Source: Candidatus Hydrogenedentota bacterium
Lineage (GTDB): Bacteria > Hydrogenedentota > Hydrogenedentia > Hydrogenedentales > SLHB01
Direction: 5' to 3'
Length of the DNA stretch: 64,000 nucleotides
NCBI GenBank assembly: GCA_052033955.1
Contig: JBPOJD010000023.1
Location: 1,602 to 65,601 of the forward strand
Shown: piece by piece, positions 9,227 to 20,738 of the stretch
Numbering within the stretch: the first letter of the stretch is position 1
How the letters are laid out: every line of letters begins with the position of its first letter
Made by a program: the position numbers and the translations under genes
The notes under the pieces: model-generated
What the model was told of the DNA's origin: nothing
Databases searched by the model: none
What the model saw: the letters and a program-made list of their open reading frames with translations, nothing else

Positions 9227-9993
9227 TGCGGCTCGTCGATAGCCACTGCCACCTGCAGGATGCTCGCTTTGCGGACGACCGCGCGCAGGTGCTGGGCCGC
9301 GCGCTGGACACGCTGGACTGGCTCCTCGTGGTGGGCGATACCCTTGCATCAAGCCGTGACGCCGTGGAACTCGCCGCGACGCACCCGCGCGTCTTCGCCG
9401 CCGCAGGCGTACATCCCCACCACGCCGGGACCGCCAGCGACGACGTGCTGCGCGAGATCGAAGCGCTGACCCGGCGCGAGCGGGTCGTCGCGTGGGGCGA
9501 GATCGGTCTGGACTACTACTACGATTACTCGCCGAGGGACGTGCAACGCGACGCCTTCCACCGCCAGCTCGAGCGCGCCTGCGCGCTGGACCTGCCCGTC
9601 ATCGTCCACAGCCGCGACGCCGAGCCGGACACGGCGGACCTGCTCGCCGCCTTTGCGGGACGCATCCGCGGCGTGCTCCACTGCTTCACCGGCACCGCCG
9701 CCCTCGCCGAGGCCGCGCTCGACGTCGGCCTGCACATCAGCTTCAGCGGCATCTTGACCTTTCCCAAGGCCCAGGATATCCGCGACGTCGCCGCGACGGT
9801 CCCCCTCGACCGTCTCCTCGTCGAAACCGACGCCCCCTATCTCGCTCCCAAGCCTCACCGGGGCCAGCGCTGCGAACCCGCGCACGTCGTCCACACCGCC
9901 GAGGTGCTGGCAGGACTGCGCGGATTGACAGTCGAAGACATCGGGGAGCGGACGACGATGAATGCGGAGCGACTGTTCGGAATCGGCGACTGA
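9226..9993 (+). CDS. tatD: TatD-family metal-dependent hydrolase
   Basis: Motifs seen: VDSHCHL, GEIGLDYYYD, HSRDA and ETDAPYLAP. TAATG overlap with the previous stop. Confidence 0.88.
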   Translation: MRLVDSHCHLQDARFADDRAQVLGRALDTLDWLLVVGDTLASSRDAVELAATHPRVFAAAGVHPHHAGTASDDVLREIEALTRRERVVAWGEIGLDYYYDYSPRDVQRDAFHRQLERACALDLPVIVHSRDAEPDTADLLAAFAGRIRGVLHCFTGTAALAEAALDVGLHISFSGILTFPKAQDIRDVAATVPLDRLLVETDAPYLAPKPHRGQRCEPAHVVHTAEVLAGLRGLTVEDIGERTTMNAERLFGIGD

Positions 9994-10024
9994 GACCGGG
10001 GCGCAGTCCGTCCCATCCCTCTTG

Positions 10025-11083
10025 TCACACGATCAGTTCCAGTAACCTCTTCTTCGAGTACTCCACCACCCCTGTATGCGCGTCGGCGGCGCCGTAGTAG
10101 ATCTGATAGAGATCGTCGCGCTCGATGAGACCGGTCGGAAACACGACCTCGCCGACGAATCCCGTCTTTTCGAAGTCTTCCTCGGGCGCCATGAAGGGCG
10201 CGCGGGTTCGGGCGACGATCCGCGACGGATCATCCAGCGCGGTCAGCACGGCCCCGGCGGAATATGCCCCCACCCCCTCGCCTCCGGGTGCCTTGTTGTT
10301 GGCGTGATAGATCACGAGCCAGCCGCGCGCGGTCCTGACGGGCGGCACGCCCCCTCCGATGCGTCCGACGTCCCACGCGGCGCCCGAGCCGCCGAGGAAG
10401 GGCCGGTGGCGGCCCCACTCCAGCAGGTTCTTCGAGTACGCCAGCCACATCTCGGGCGCACTGAACGGCGTCGCGGGATTGGGCCGGTGAAAGGCCACGT
10501 AGTCGCCCCCAATCCGCTCCGGGAAGAGCAGCACGTCCTTGTTCTCGCAGGGGAAGATGATGCCGTGGCGCTCGAAGGTCCTGAAGTCGCGGGTGGACGC
10601 GAGTGCCGTGGCGGCCCCGTGTCGCGAGACCGCGACGTAGGTGATGTACCAGGTCCCGTCGATGCGCGTGATGCGTGGGTCCTCGACGCCGTAGGCTTCC
10701 TCTTGGGCTTCGGGAACGAAGCGCGTGGCGTCGTCGATGGAGACGATACTGCGGCCGTCGTCGCTCCACGCCACCATGAGGTGCGACAAAAAGGTCAGCC
10801 GCACCGTGCCCGTGGCCTTGCAGCGCACCACACGCGGGTCCAGAAACTCCACCTCATCATTCCGCGCCCAATCCACTTCGACGCCCGCCGCGCCGTATCG
10901 CGGCAGGCCCACGAGGCCCGCACGCGCCGGTTTGGGCCGCTCCGCGATGCGCACCAGAAGCGCCACGCGCCCGTTCACCTCCGTGACGCCGGGGTTGAAT
11001 GCCCCCACGACCTCGAGGTCATCGCGCGAGGGCGCGATGTCGCCCGGACGCAGCAGACATTTGCTGAACAAACGGCGCAACAC
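10025..11083 (-). CDS. GH130-family glycoside phosphorylase/hydrolase (beta-mannoside type, PH1107-related)
   Basis: The 352-aa product has GAFNPGVTEVNGRVALLVR..., EDPRITRIDGTWYITY and YYGAADAHTGV, typical of GH130/DUF377. GTG start with a GAAGGAG Shine-Dalgarno. Confidence 0.75.
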   Translation of the reverse strand: MLRRLFSKCLLRPGDIAPSRDDLEVVGAFNPGVTEVNGRVALLVRIAERPKPARAGLVGLPRYGAAGVEVDWARNDEVEFLDPRVVRCKATGTVRLTFLSHLMVAWSDDGRSIVSIDDATRFVPEAQEEAYGVEDPRITRIDGTWYITYVAVSRHGAATALASTRDFRTFERHGIIFPCENKDVLLFPERIGGDYVAFHRPNPATPFSAPEMWLAYSKNLLEWGRHRPFLGGSGAAWDVGRIGGGVPPVRTARGWLVIYHANNKAPGGEGVGAYSAGAVLTALDDPSRIVARTRAPFMAPEEDFEKTGFVGEVVFPTGLIERDDLYQIYYGAADAHTGVVEYSKKRLLELIV

Positions 11084-11095
11084 AGCAACGCTCCT

Positions 11096-12226
11096 TCACG
11101 GCGCCGGGCGGTCCGCGCCGGCCCGCGCGAGCCGGTCGGCGTCGATGGCCATGGCCAGCGAATCCCGTCCGTTGTCGGCGGTGATGACCCGCTCGTGCCG
11201 GGGGTCACGTATCCAGGCGAGCTGATCGCCGAGCATGCTGCGCAACAGTTGTCCGTAACGCTGCATCTTCGACACCCCCTCGTCAAAGGTCAGCTCGAAG
11301 CGCTGTGCGACGTCGAGTGATGTGTGCCGCGCCGCGCAGGCGCGTCCGTCCGCCGTGTAGTGCTCGATGGCGCTCAGCCGCGCGCCCGGAAAGAGTTTCA
11401 TGATAGCCGTCATGCTGCATTCATCGGCGATCCCGCGCATGCTCATCCGGACCGGCACCCACTCGAACAGCGTGATGTCCCCTCGTTCGAACACGAGGCG
11501 GAATTCCTGCCGGTCCATCCGCCCTGCCTGCGTGAAGCCGTGATAGAAGTTCACGATCGCCTCGGGGCCGTAACGCACCGCGCACTGCGTCTGGTCCTCC
11601 ATGCCCGTCGCGCCGCGCGCGCTGATCTGGGCCGATACGACGCGCCCGTCGCCAAGCCAGCCCGCGAAGAGGTCGAAGAAATGGACCCCGTGCTCGATAA
11701 AGATGCCGCCGCTCTGCGTGCGATCCCAGAACCAGTGATTCGCGGGCAGATTCTCGTCGGCCGCATAATTCTCGAAATAGCCATGGAGGACCTCGCCGAG
11801 CGCTTTGCACACGATCAACTCTCGCACGCGCTGACAAAGCGGATTGTAGCGCTGCATGAGATTCGCGACCAGGCACCGGCCCGTAGCACGGGCCACGGCG
11901 ATCATCTCGTCGGCCTGTTCGAGCGTTGCGGCCAAAGGTTTCTCGCAAATGACGTGCTTGCCCGCATGGAGCGCGGCCATCGCCTGCGGATGATGCAGGA
12001 AAGGCGGCGTGGCGATGTAGACGAGGTCGACGTCGTCCCGGGAAACCAGTGCCTCCACATCGCCGAAGTCGGGTATGCCAAAGCGCTTCACCGCTGCGGC
12101 GGCGGCCTCCGGATACGTCCCCGCGATGCCCACCGTGCGCACACCTTGGACCCCGGCGAAATGCTGCAACGCGAACTGGCCAAAGCCGCCGCACCCGATG
12201 ACGCCAATGCCGATGGCGCTGTTCAT
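11096..12226 (-). CDS. Gfo/Idh/MocA-family NAD(P)-dependent oxidoreductase
   Basis: MNSAIGIGVIGCGGFGQF...VDLVYIATPPFLHHPQAMAALHAGKHVICEKPLA. ATG at 12226 overlaps the upstream stop (ATGA). The track ORF to 12556 is an Arg/Pro-rich artefactual extension. Confidence 0.85.
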   Translation of the reverse strand: MNSAIGIGVIGCGGFGQFALQHFAGVQGVRTVGIAGTYPEAAAAAVKRFGIPDFGDVEALVSRDDVDLVYIATPPFLHHPQAMAALHAGKHVICEKPLAATLEQADEMIAVARATGRCLVANLMQRYNPLCQRVRELIVCKALGEVLHGYFENYAADENLPANHWFWDRTQSGGIFIEHGVHFFDLFAGWLGDGRVVSAQISARGATGMEDQTQCAVRYGPEAIVNFYHGFTQAGRMDRQEFRLVFERGDITLFEWVPVRMSMRGIADECSMTAIMKLFPGARLSAIEHYTADGRACAARHTSLDVAQRFELTFDEGVSKMQRYGQLLRSMLGDQLAWIRDPRHERVITADNGRDSLAMAIDADRLARAGADRPAP

Positions 12227-14571
12227 GCCGTGGCCTTTCCCTGGCGGGCCGGCTCCGGGCTCACGGCGTTCACGCCGGACACGAGCCGTTCCGCATGTTC
12301 GGCGGCCCGCTCCTCGGGGGTCTGGATCACATTCTGCGCCAGCTTCATCTCGACGAGCGACAGCAGGAACGCGATCGTGGCCTGGGCGCCCTGATTGCGA
12401 TTCGGGCCGACGGGCGTCAGCGCGTCGTAGCAGCCGCCGTTGCGGTGATTGTAGAGTTCGACGCGCAGATCGTTCTGGCCCAGAAACCACTGAAACGCGC
12501 GCAATGCCTCCTTGCGCCACCGGGTGTCCGCAGTGATCCGGTAGGCGCCGAGACACGCGCTGACGGTGACGTAGACCTCGTTGGGCCGCTGGTTGAACCG
12601 CGCACGCGTCCCGCCTCGGGGGTAATACCCCTCGTCGCCGATCGGAACCAGCACTTCACCGTCCAGCCACTGCACCTTCATCAACCACTCCAGGCTGCGC
12701 AGCCCGGCCTCGACCATGTCGCCGCGTCCGATCCACTGCCCGGACTCCATCAGCGCATGCGGCAGCAGGGCGTTGCAGTAGGTCAACTCGGGCTCAAACC
12801 AGCACCACTCATCCGAGGCATGCGCCGCGTAGCGATCCATGAGCGCGAGACTCAGCTGGAGACGGCCTTCCTGCGCCGCCCGATGCCCATAGAACTGGCG
12901 CATGAACTCCATGATGCCGAGCAGACCGTAGGCCTGTGCACGGGGATAGGCGCACTGCGCCACCTCGGGAAGCAGGTCCTCGAAGAGGCGTCCGGCGACG
13001 CTGCGCACGCCTTCATCCGGCGAGCGGCCGACCGCCGTTCCCAGCGACCACAAGACCCGTGCGCGGCATTCCTCGGAATTGTCGACATCGCGCCACACGC
13101 GGTCGTACGAAAGGTGGTCGCGAAACACGCCCTGCTCGGCATCAAAGGCCAGTTGCAGGAACGCCAGATAGCGCAGCGCCAGGTGCTGGACCTCGCGCTT
13201 GTTGGTCTCGCCCACGTCCTCGAGCAACACACTCAGTGCGAGCGCCATGGCATTGTCCTGCGTGGCGTATCCGGCACTGTACTTCGGGACATTGAAGGTC
13301 GCGTCGGCCAGGATGCCCGTTCCGTCGGTCAATGTGCGAAGATGCTCGAGGTTCAGCGGCGGCAAATCGCTCTGTTTCTTCTTGAGCGACATCATCGCGC
13401 CCTGCCGCGGGCGCCGCTCGCGCTGCTCGTAGGCCATCTCAAACGAGGCCGTGTACAGCGCCGCGATTTCGCTCCAGATCATACTGCGCCCGAATTCATA
13501 GGCCCGCTTGCGCATGGCATGGCGCTGCGAGTCCTCGTCAAGCAGATCGAGCACCTGCCGCGTCAGCGCCCCGGGATCCCGGAACGGCACGAGGCGGCCC
13601 CGGCCATCCGCAAGCAGTTCCTCCGCATACCAGTACGGCGTCGAGATGACCGCCTTCCCCGCGCCAACGGAATAGGCCAGCGTCCCGCTCACCACCTGCG
13701 CCTCGTTCAGGTACGGCGTCACATACAGGTCCGCGCACCCGATGAACTCCACCAGTTCGTCCAGGCTGACGAAGCGGTTATGAAAAACGACGTGCTCGTC
13801 GATGTTGAGCGACTGAACGAGGCGTTCGAGGCCCAGGCGGTACGATTCGCCCTGGCTGCGCTTCAACGCGGGATGCGTCGCCCCCAGGACGATGTACATG
13901 ACGTCCGGGTGCCGTGCGAGCACGCCCGGCAGCGCCTGAATCATGTTCTCGATGCCTTTGTTCGGCGAGAGCAGCCCGAATGTCAGGATCGTGGTCTTGC
14001 CCTCGACGCCAAAGCGATCCTTGTAGTAATTCGGATCGATGAACGGCACATCCGGGATGCCGTGGTGAATCAAATCAATCTTGTCCTCCGCCACACCGTA
14101 GATCTCGCGCAGGAACTGCCTCGAACGCGCGCTCATCACCACCAGACGGTCGCTGGCCTGGGCCAGGTCCGTCATGACCCGCCGTTGATGCTGCGTCGGG
14201 TCGCGCAACACCGTGTGCAGCGTGGTGACCACCGGCATGCGCAGGTCCGCGAGCAACGCCAGGATGTGGCTGCCCGCGGGGCCGCCGAAGATTCCAAATT
14301 CGTGCTGAAGACACACGACATCCACGCTGTTGATGTTCAGAAAATCCGCCGCGCGCCGGTACGCGGCGATGTCCCGGTCGTCGACTTCAAACCGCACCCG
14401 CTGCGGATAGGCGTAGCCCCCTTCGAGGTCGTTCATCGGGATCGCGAACACATCCGCGCCGTCGTGTGCGCGCGCCACGGCCTCGCACAGGTCGGCGGTA
14501 AACGTCGCTATGCCGCACTGGCGCGGCACGTAGTTTCCAATAAAGGCAATTCGACGCAGATTCGAACTCAT
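12223..14571 (-). CDS. GT4 glycosyltransferase fused to a ~370-aa C-terminal helical (alpha/alpha-barrel-like) domain
   Basis: Start MSSNLRRIAFIGNYVPRQCGIATF at 14571. GT-B/GT4 motifs are present (TFGLLSPNKGIE..., PYLNEAQVVSGTLAYSVGAGKAVISTP). The C-terminal half (from ~LNLEHLRTLTDGTG) has no motif I can name. Confidence 0.75.
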   Translation of the reverse strand: MSSNLRRIAFIGNYVPRQCGIATFTADLCEAVARAHDGADVFAIPMNDLEGGYAYPQRVRFEVDDRDIAAYRRAADFLNINSVDVVCLQHEFGIFGGPAGSHILALLADLRMPVVTTLHTVLRDPTQHQRRVMTDLAQASDRLVVMSARSRQFLREIYGVAEDKIDLIHHGIPDVPFIDPNYYKDRFGVEGKTTILTFGLLSPNKGIENMIQALPGVLARHPDVMYIVLGATHPALKRSQGESYRLGLERLVQSLNIDEHVVFHNRFVSLDELVEFIGCADLYVTPYLNEAQVVSGTLAYSVGAGKAVISTPYWYAEELLADGRGRLVPFRDPGALTRQVLDLLDEDSQRHAMRKRAYEFGRSMIWSEIAALYTASFEMAYEQRERRPRQGAMMSLKKKQSDLPPLNLEHLRTLTDGTGILADATFNVPKYSAGYATQDNAMALALSVLLEDVGETNKREVQHLALRYLAFLQLAFDAEQGVFRDHLSYDRVWRDVDNSEECRARVLWSLGTAVGRSPDEGVRSVAGRLFEDLLPEVAQCAYPRAQAYGLLGIMEFMRQFYGHRAAQEGRLQLSLALMDRYAAHASDEWCWFEPELTYCNALLPHALMESGQWIGRGDMVEAGLRSLEWLMKVQWLDGEVLVPIGDEGYYPRGGTRARFNQRPNEVYVTVSACLGAYRITADTRWRKEALRAFQWFLGQNDLRVELYNHRNGGCYDALTPVGPNRNQGAQATIAFLLSLVEMKLAQNVIQTPEERAAEHAERLVSGVNAVSPEPARQGKATA

Positions 14572-14643
14572 CGGCACCAGTCTCCAGCTTCGGATCGTCG
14601 TACGACCCGCTACGCCAAGGAAACGCGTGCAGCAGAAAAATCC

Positions 14644-15042
14644 ATGCCGATGCCACCAGAGATCACGCGCCGAATATACGCGGGGCGCGGCATGCGCGAT
14701 CTCAGCCACGAACGGAATTATCTGCTCTGCCGAGACCAGATCGAAGTACTCGAGCGCAAACGCATGGTGCATTTCCACGAGGTCGTGGCGCGCGACAACC
14801 TCTATTGCAAGGTCATGGCTCTGTTCGACTTCATCGGCCTGCTGCTCACGAACCGCGATATGCGTCGCCGGAAGATGGTGTGTCTGGCCTGCGACGAAAC
14901 CTTCCTGCTCAAACTGGGCAGCAATCTCTATCACTACCAGCAGGAGATCGTGTCTCGAGACGTGGCGGCCGCCCAGTACGGCGAGACCTACGACCTCGCC
15001 GGGCGCCGCCTTGACCACCGCGCCCCGCTTGAGGCCAAATAG
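14644..15042 (+). CDS. Hypothetical protein (132 aa) hidden in the 3' end of a 915-aa antisense shadow ORF
   Basis: The last 132 codons of the 12295-15042 ORF lie outside the glycosyltransferase gene. They have normal composition (K, Y, F, N, H, I present) and GC-rich third positions. The stop is 5 nt before the next gene. The start is uncertain (ATG 14644, 14650 or 14692). No family recognised. Confidence 0.55.
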   Translation: MPMPPEITRRIYAGRGMRDLSHERNYLLCRDQIEVLERKRMVHFHEVVARDNLYCKVMALFDFIGLLLTNRDMRRRKMVCLACDETFLLKLGSNLYHYQQEIVSRDVAAAQYGETYDLAGRRLDHRAPLEAK

Positions 15043-15047
15043 CACGC

Positions 15048-16754
15048 ATGAGATGCTCGATGACAGCGGCGTGCCTCGCGATCCTCCTGGCAACGGTCTC
15101 CGGCGCCTATGCGGCCGGCGCCCTCACACCCACGGCAGCCGAGCAGAAGGTGCTCAAGGTCACCGTCACACTCGACGAGTCGCCGCCCCGGATCGCGTTT
15201 CGCTGGGCGGATACCCGCGTGGACGCGAAGTACCTGATCTACCGCATGACCGGCGATCCGATTGGCAAGCGCTCGAACGCGTGGGGTCCGCCGGTCGCGG
15301 TGCTCCCTCCCGGGTCCACCGAATGGGCCGACGCGGACGTCCAGCCGGGCCAGGCCTATGAATACGTCATCGCGAACGGATCCACGGCCTTTGCGGTGCT
15401 CGCGGCGGGCATCCGGATCCCGCCCATCGAGCAGCGCGGCACGCTCGTGCTCCTGGTCGATGCCGAGCACGCCGGCGAACTGGCGGCCGAACTCGACCGC
15501 CTTGTCAGCGACCTCACCGGCGACGGATGGACGGTGGTCCGCCACGACATCGCCCGCGACCAGTCGCCGCCGCAGGTCAAACAGGTCATCCTGGCCGAGC
15601 ACCAGGCCCGCCCGGACGAGGTGAAGGCCGTCCTGCTGCTGGGACGCATCGCCGTGCCCTACTCGGGCGACGTGCGGGTGGACGGCCATCCCGACCACCG
15701 CGGCGCGTGGCCCGCCGACGGCTACTATGGCGATGTCGACGGTGTCTGGACAGACGAGCGGGTCAACGAGACCTCGTCCGCCCGTCCGGAAAACCACAAT
15801 GTCCCCGGAGACGGCAAGTTCGATCAGGACACCATTCCAACCGGGGCCGAGCTGATGGTCGGGCGCGTGGACCTGTCCAACATGCCCGCCTTCGGCAAGC
15901 GCGAAGGGCTCTTGCTCAAGCAGTACCTGGACAAGAACCACCACTTCCGCCATGGCGGTTACGACGTGCCGCGGCAGGCGCTCGTCTTCGATGACTGGAA
16001 GCGCACCGATTTCGCCGTGACGGGCTGGATGCTCGCGAGCATGCTGGGGCCGGATGCGGTGCGCGAGGGGGCGTGGCAGGAACTCACGCTGTCGCCGCGT
16101 CTGTGGGCCTACGGCACGGCCGGCGGGTGGTACGAGGGCGCGGGCAAGATCGGCACCAGCCGCGACTACGCCCGCCGCACTTTCCGCGCCGTGTTTCAGG
16201 GGCTGTTCGGAAGCTATTTCGGCGACTGGGATACGAAAGACAACCTGCTGCGGGCGCCGCTCGCCATGCGCACCTTCGGACTGGCCACCTTCTGGGCGGG
16301 GCGGCCCGCGTGGTACTTCCACCACATGGCCGTCGGGCACCCGATCGGGCGCGCTTACCTCACGGCCACAAATCCCACGCCCTACCTGCCGTCGCCCGGC
16401 CTCATGGGGGTCCACATCGCCCTCATGGGCGATCCCACGCTGCGCATGGACTACTTCGCGCCGCCGGGGGACGCCGCGTGCCGCCGCGAACCAGACGGCG
16501 CGCGAATCTCATGGCGCGCCAGCCCCGCCCCGGGCGTCACCGGCTACCACGTCTACCGCGCGTCCGGCCCGAAAGGGCCATTTACGCGACTGACGAGCGA
16601 CCCGCTCACCGGGCTCGCGTTCACCGACGGCGCCGCGCCCGCCTCCGGCGCCGCCTACATGGTCCGGGCGATCCGGCTCGAACAAAATCCCACGGCCACG
16701 TACTACAACCTGAGCCAAGGGGTCTTCTCCGTCCTTCCCGCCGAGGGGAACTGA
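15048..16754 (+). CDS. Secreted hypothetical protein with FN3-like N- and C-terminal modules
   Basis: A signal peptide is present (MRCSMTAACLAILLATVSGAYA). Ig/FN3-like segments flank a ~350-aa central domain (GRIAVPYSGDVRVDGHPDHRGAWPADGYYGD...) that I cannot assign. Confidence 0.6.
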   Translation: MRCSMTAACLAILLATVSGAYAAGALTPTAAEQKVLKVTVTLDESPPRIAFRWADTRVDAKYLIYRMTGDPIGKRSNAWGPPVAVLPPGSTEWADADVQPGQAYEYVIANGSTAFAVLAAGIRIPPIEQRGTLVLLVDAEHAGELAAELDRLVSDLTGDGWTVVRHDIARDQSPPQVKQVILAEHQARPDEVKAVLLLGRIAVPYSGDVRVDGHPDHRGAWPADGYYGDVDGVWTDERVNETSSARPENHNVPGDGKFDQDTIPTGAELMVGRVDLSNMPAFGKREGLLLKQYLDKNHHFRHGGYDVPRQALVFDDWKRTDFAVTGWMLASMLGPDAVREGAWQELTLSPRLWAYGTAGGWYEGAGKIGTSRDYARRTFRAVFQGLFGSYFGDWDTKDNLLRAPLAMRTFGLATFWAGRPAWYFHHMAVGHPIGRAYLTATNPTPYLPSPGLMGVHIALMGDPTLRMDYFAPPGDAACRREPDGARISWRASPAPGVTGYHVYRASGPKGPFTRLTSDPLTGLAFTDGAAPASGAAYMVRAIRLEQNPTATYYNLSQGVFSVLPAEGN

Positions 16755-16774
16755 CGCCGTCCCAAACAACAACG

Positions 16775-16816
16775 GCGGCGGGCGCCCCGAAGGACACCCG
16801 CCGCGCGTCGTTTCTT
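16775..16816 (+). terminator. Possible terminator between convergent genes
   Basis: GCGGCGGG-N14-CCCGCCGC (16775-16804) is followed by GCGTCGTTTCTTG. The T-tract is weak. Confidence 0.35.
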
Positions 16817-16824
16817 GATCCAGG

Positions 16825-18798
16825 TCAGAAGTCGTTCAGGTCGTCGTCGTCCAGCGGCAGCACCTGCTCAGGGGCCACGGTCGAGGCGCTCGACTGCCTC
16901 GCGAGCTGCCTTGGCGCGGGCAGACTGGCACGCCCCTTCCCGTTGCCGTTGCCGGTACCGCGATGCGCGCGGGCCGGGGCCACGGTCGTCATCCGCGGCG
17001 CCGCCGCCTCATCCTGACCCGCGCCCGCCCCGTCGCCCGCGATGGCCGCCAGCGACTGCACCACGCGCATCAGCTCGTGGGCCTGCGCCGCGAGTTCCTC
17101 GCTGGCCGAGGCCGCTTCCTCGGAACTGGCCGCGTTGGACTGGGTCACGTGATCGAGCTGGGCAACGGCCGTGTTGATCTGGTCGATGCCCTGCGATTGC
17201 TCGTTGGTCGCGGCGGCAATTTCGCTCACCAGCGTGCCCACCTTCCCGGCACTCTCCTTGATGCCGCCGAAGGCACTCGCCAGTTCCTCGGTCACGCTCA
17301 CGCCCTTCGCGGCCCGCGCCTGGGATTCCTCAATCAGCGCAGCGGTGTCGCGCGCGGCCACCGCACTGCGCTGCGCGAGGTCACGCACCTCCGCGGCCAC
17401 CACGGCAAAGCCCTTGCCCGCCTCGCCCGCGCGCGCCGCCTCGACCGCCGCATTCAGCGCCAGGAGGTTGGTCTGGAACGCCACCTCGTCAATCGTCTTG
17501 ATGATCTTCGCCATCTTCTCCGAGGACTCGCGGATGCTGTTGATCGTCTCGACCACATTCACCATCGTCGTGGCCCCTTTCTCGACCACGGCGCCCGCCT
17601 CCGCCATGAGGACATTGGCCTGCCGCGCATTGTCCGCGTTCTGGCGCGTCATCGATGCCATCTCCTCGAGGGACGCCGAGGTCTCTTCGAGGCTGGACGC
17701 CTGCTCGCTCGCGCCCTCGGCCATCATCTGGCTCGAGCTGGCCACCTGTCCGGAGGCCGACGTCACCTCGCGCGCACCCTGCCGCAAAACTTGGATCGCC
17801 TGCCGCACGGGGTTCACGATGCTGCGGGTGATGGTGAAGGCCAGCAGAATACCCAAGATGGTGCCGCCAATGACCAGGCCCACCATCCAGAACTCCGCCC
17901 GCAGCGCCTGGCGCTCCGCATCGTCATGCACTTGGGCCTGCGCGGTCTGGACCGCGGCCACGAGGTCGCTGGCCGCCGCGCCGATGCCCGCCACCTCCTT
18001 CGCACGGGCCTGCACCGCCGCATAGAAGTCATCGCCCGCCTTCCGGTACTCGCCGAGCAGCCGCGCGAGGTTGGCCGCCGCGCGTTCGAGCGCCGGCTCG
18101 CCTTGCACCATGGCCCCCCACGACGCAATGCCGTCCTCAAAGGCCTTCTGCTGTGTCAGATAGGACTGCCACCGCTCTTCGGAGGGCTGGGCAATCAGAT
18201 AGACCGCCGAGATTCGCATCAGAAAGAACGGATCAACTACACTCTCGTCCAGGGCCATCCCGATCTCGGTATAGCGGGCATAGCCCCCGAGATCACCTGA
18301 TTCGTGGGCCGCCGCCATCGCCGGACGGATAACGGTGTCCATGGCGCCGTTGATCTCGGCCGTGGCGGCGGTCGCAACCCGGGTCCACTCCGCCCGGGCA
18401 GCAGTCTCCGCCGCCAGTTCGCGCTGCATCCCCCGGAAACCCGCCGCGTAGGTCTCCCCGACTGCCAACGCCGCGCGAATCCCTTCGCGCGCCTCGGACG
18501 AGAGCTTCGGCGACGCGTCCAGTCCCCGGAGAATCGCCATCATCGCGTCGAAGTTTTCCTGCCAGGCGGCCTCCGCCTTGGCGGATTGCTCGGGGGTAAT
18601 GCTGAGCATCAGGTCCCGCCGATCCATGCCGGTCTGCTTCAGCAGTTCGGCCGCGGCGGCCTGTTCCAAGGCAAGTGCGTTCTGTTCGCCCACGCCCCGA
18701 AGCCCCAACCAGCCCGCAGTGCCGATACACAGTGCCACCAGCAGCAGCGCCGCGAACCCGGCGCCAATCTTCGCCGACAGCTTCATATTCCTGAACAT
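16825..18798 (-). CDS. Methyl-accepting chemotaxis protein
   Basis: ATG at 18798 sits behind an AAGGAGAGG Shine-Dalgarno. Domain order is TM1, a ~270-aa periplasmic helical domain, TM2, HAMP, then the signalling domain ([14 protein letters not shown]..., [38 protein letters not shown]). Confidence 0.9.
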   Translation of the reverse strand: MFRNMKLSAKIGAGFAALLLVALCIGTAGWLGLRGVGEQNALALEQAAAAELLKQTGMDRRDLMLSITPEQSAKAEAAWQENFDAMMAILRGLDASPKLSSEAREGIRAALAVGETYAAGFRGMQRELAAETAARAEWTRVATAATAEINGAMDTVIRPAMAAAHESGDLGGYARYTEIGMALDESVVDPFFLMRISAVYLIAQPSEERWQSYLTQQKAFEDGIASWGAMVQGEPALERAAANLARLLGEYRKAGDDFYAAVQARAKEVAGIGAAASDLVAAVQTAQAQVHDDAERQALRAEFWMVGLVIGGTILGILLAFTITRSIVNPVRQAIQVLRQGAREVTSASGQVASSSQMMAEGASEQASSLEETSASLEEMASMTRQNADNARQANVLMAEAGAVVEKGATTMVNVVETINSIRESSEKMAKIIKTIDEVAFQTNLLALNAAVEAARAGEAGKGFAVVAAEVRDLAQRSAVAARDTAALIEESQARAAKGVSVTEELASAFGGIKESAGKVGTLVSEIAAATNEQSQGIDQINTAVAQLDHVTQSNAASSEEAASASEELAAQAHELMRVVQSLAAIAGDGAGAGQDEAAAPRMTTVAPARAHRGTGNGNGKGRASLPAPRQLARQSSASTVAPEQVLPLDDDDLNDF

Positions 18799-18950
18799 TT
18801 CCAACCTCTCCTTGTCGTATGCCCCAAAATGAGATGACAACCACCCCATGCTATTCGGCGCACAAAGTATACACTATACACGCGTTCATAATTAGTGTTT
18901 GGCGGATCCCCAAGGCGTCGTCCTGAGGGAAGGCGATCCAGGAACGTTGG

Positions 18951-20357
<1,407 letters not shown>

Positions 20358-20646
20358 TCACATGACACCAGTAGTCTGCAACAATGAGGTTCAGAGATTT
20401 GGATTGAACGTGATGAAATCCAGTTATTATTGCTATTTCACGCACGATTTTCGGGATATGCCGCGAATATTATACCATCCTGCGGCCAGAAGTCCAGTCA
20501 TAATTCGCATTTATTGTTCGCGCCGCCCCCCCGGCGAAAACGCGTGTAGAAGGAACACGCCTGCCGTGTAGTTTCCACCCGCTGGCCGGCGCCCCATCAA
20601 GACGGGCGACTGCCTCGCATCCCCTTGCCCGGCAAGCAGTTCGCCT

Positions 20647-20661
20647 TGGCCACCGGCTCGC
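20647..20661 (+). promoter_or_regulatory. Weak sigma54-like -24/-12 element (TGGCC-N7-CTCGC)
   Basis: The GG-N10-GC spacing is correct and 9 of the 11 specified consensus positions match. It lies 78 nt upstream of the DUF1328 start and divergent from the sigma54 activator gene. Confidence 0.25.
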
Positions 20662-20738
20662 CGCTGGGCGCGTGGCGCGGATATTGCTCAATAGACGGGG
20701 ACAGAGTGTCGCATAGGGAACACACAGGGAGCCGAGCC

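Noticed and set aside
12295-14643. The first ~780 codons of a 915-aa plus-strand ORF antisense to the oxidoreductase and GT4 genes
   Set aside because: It is Arg/Ala/Gly/Pro/His-rich and low-complexity, and exactly antisense to well-supported genes. In GC-rich DNA stop codons are rare, so long shadow ORFs are expected. Only the 3' end (14644-15042), which lies outside the glycosyltransferase gene, looks real.
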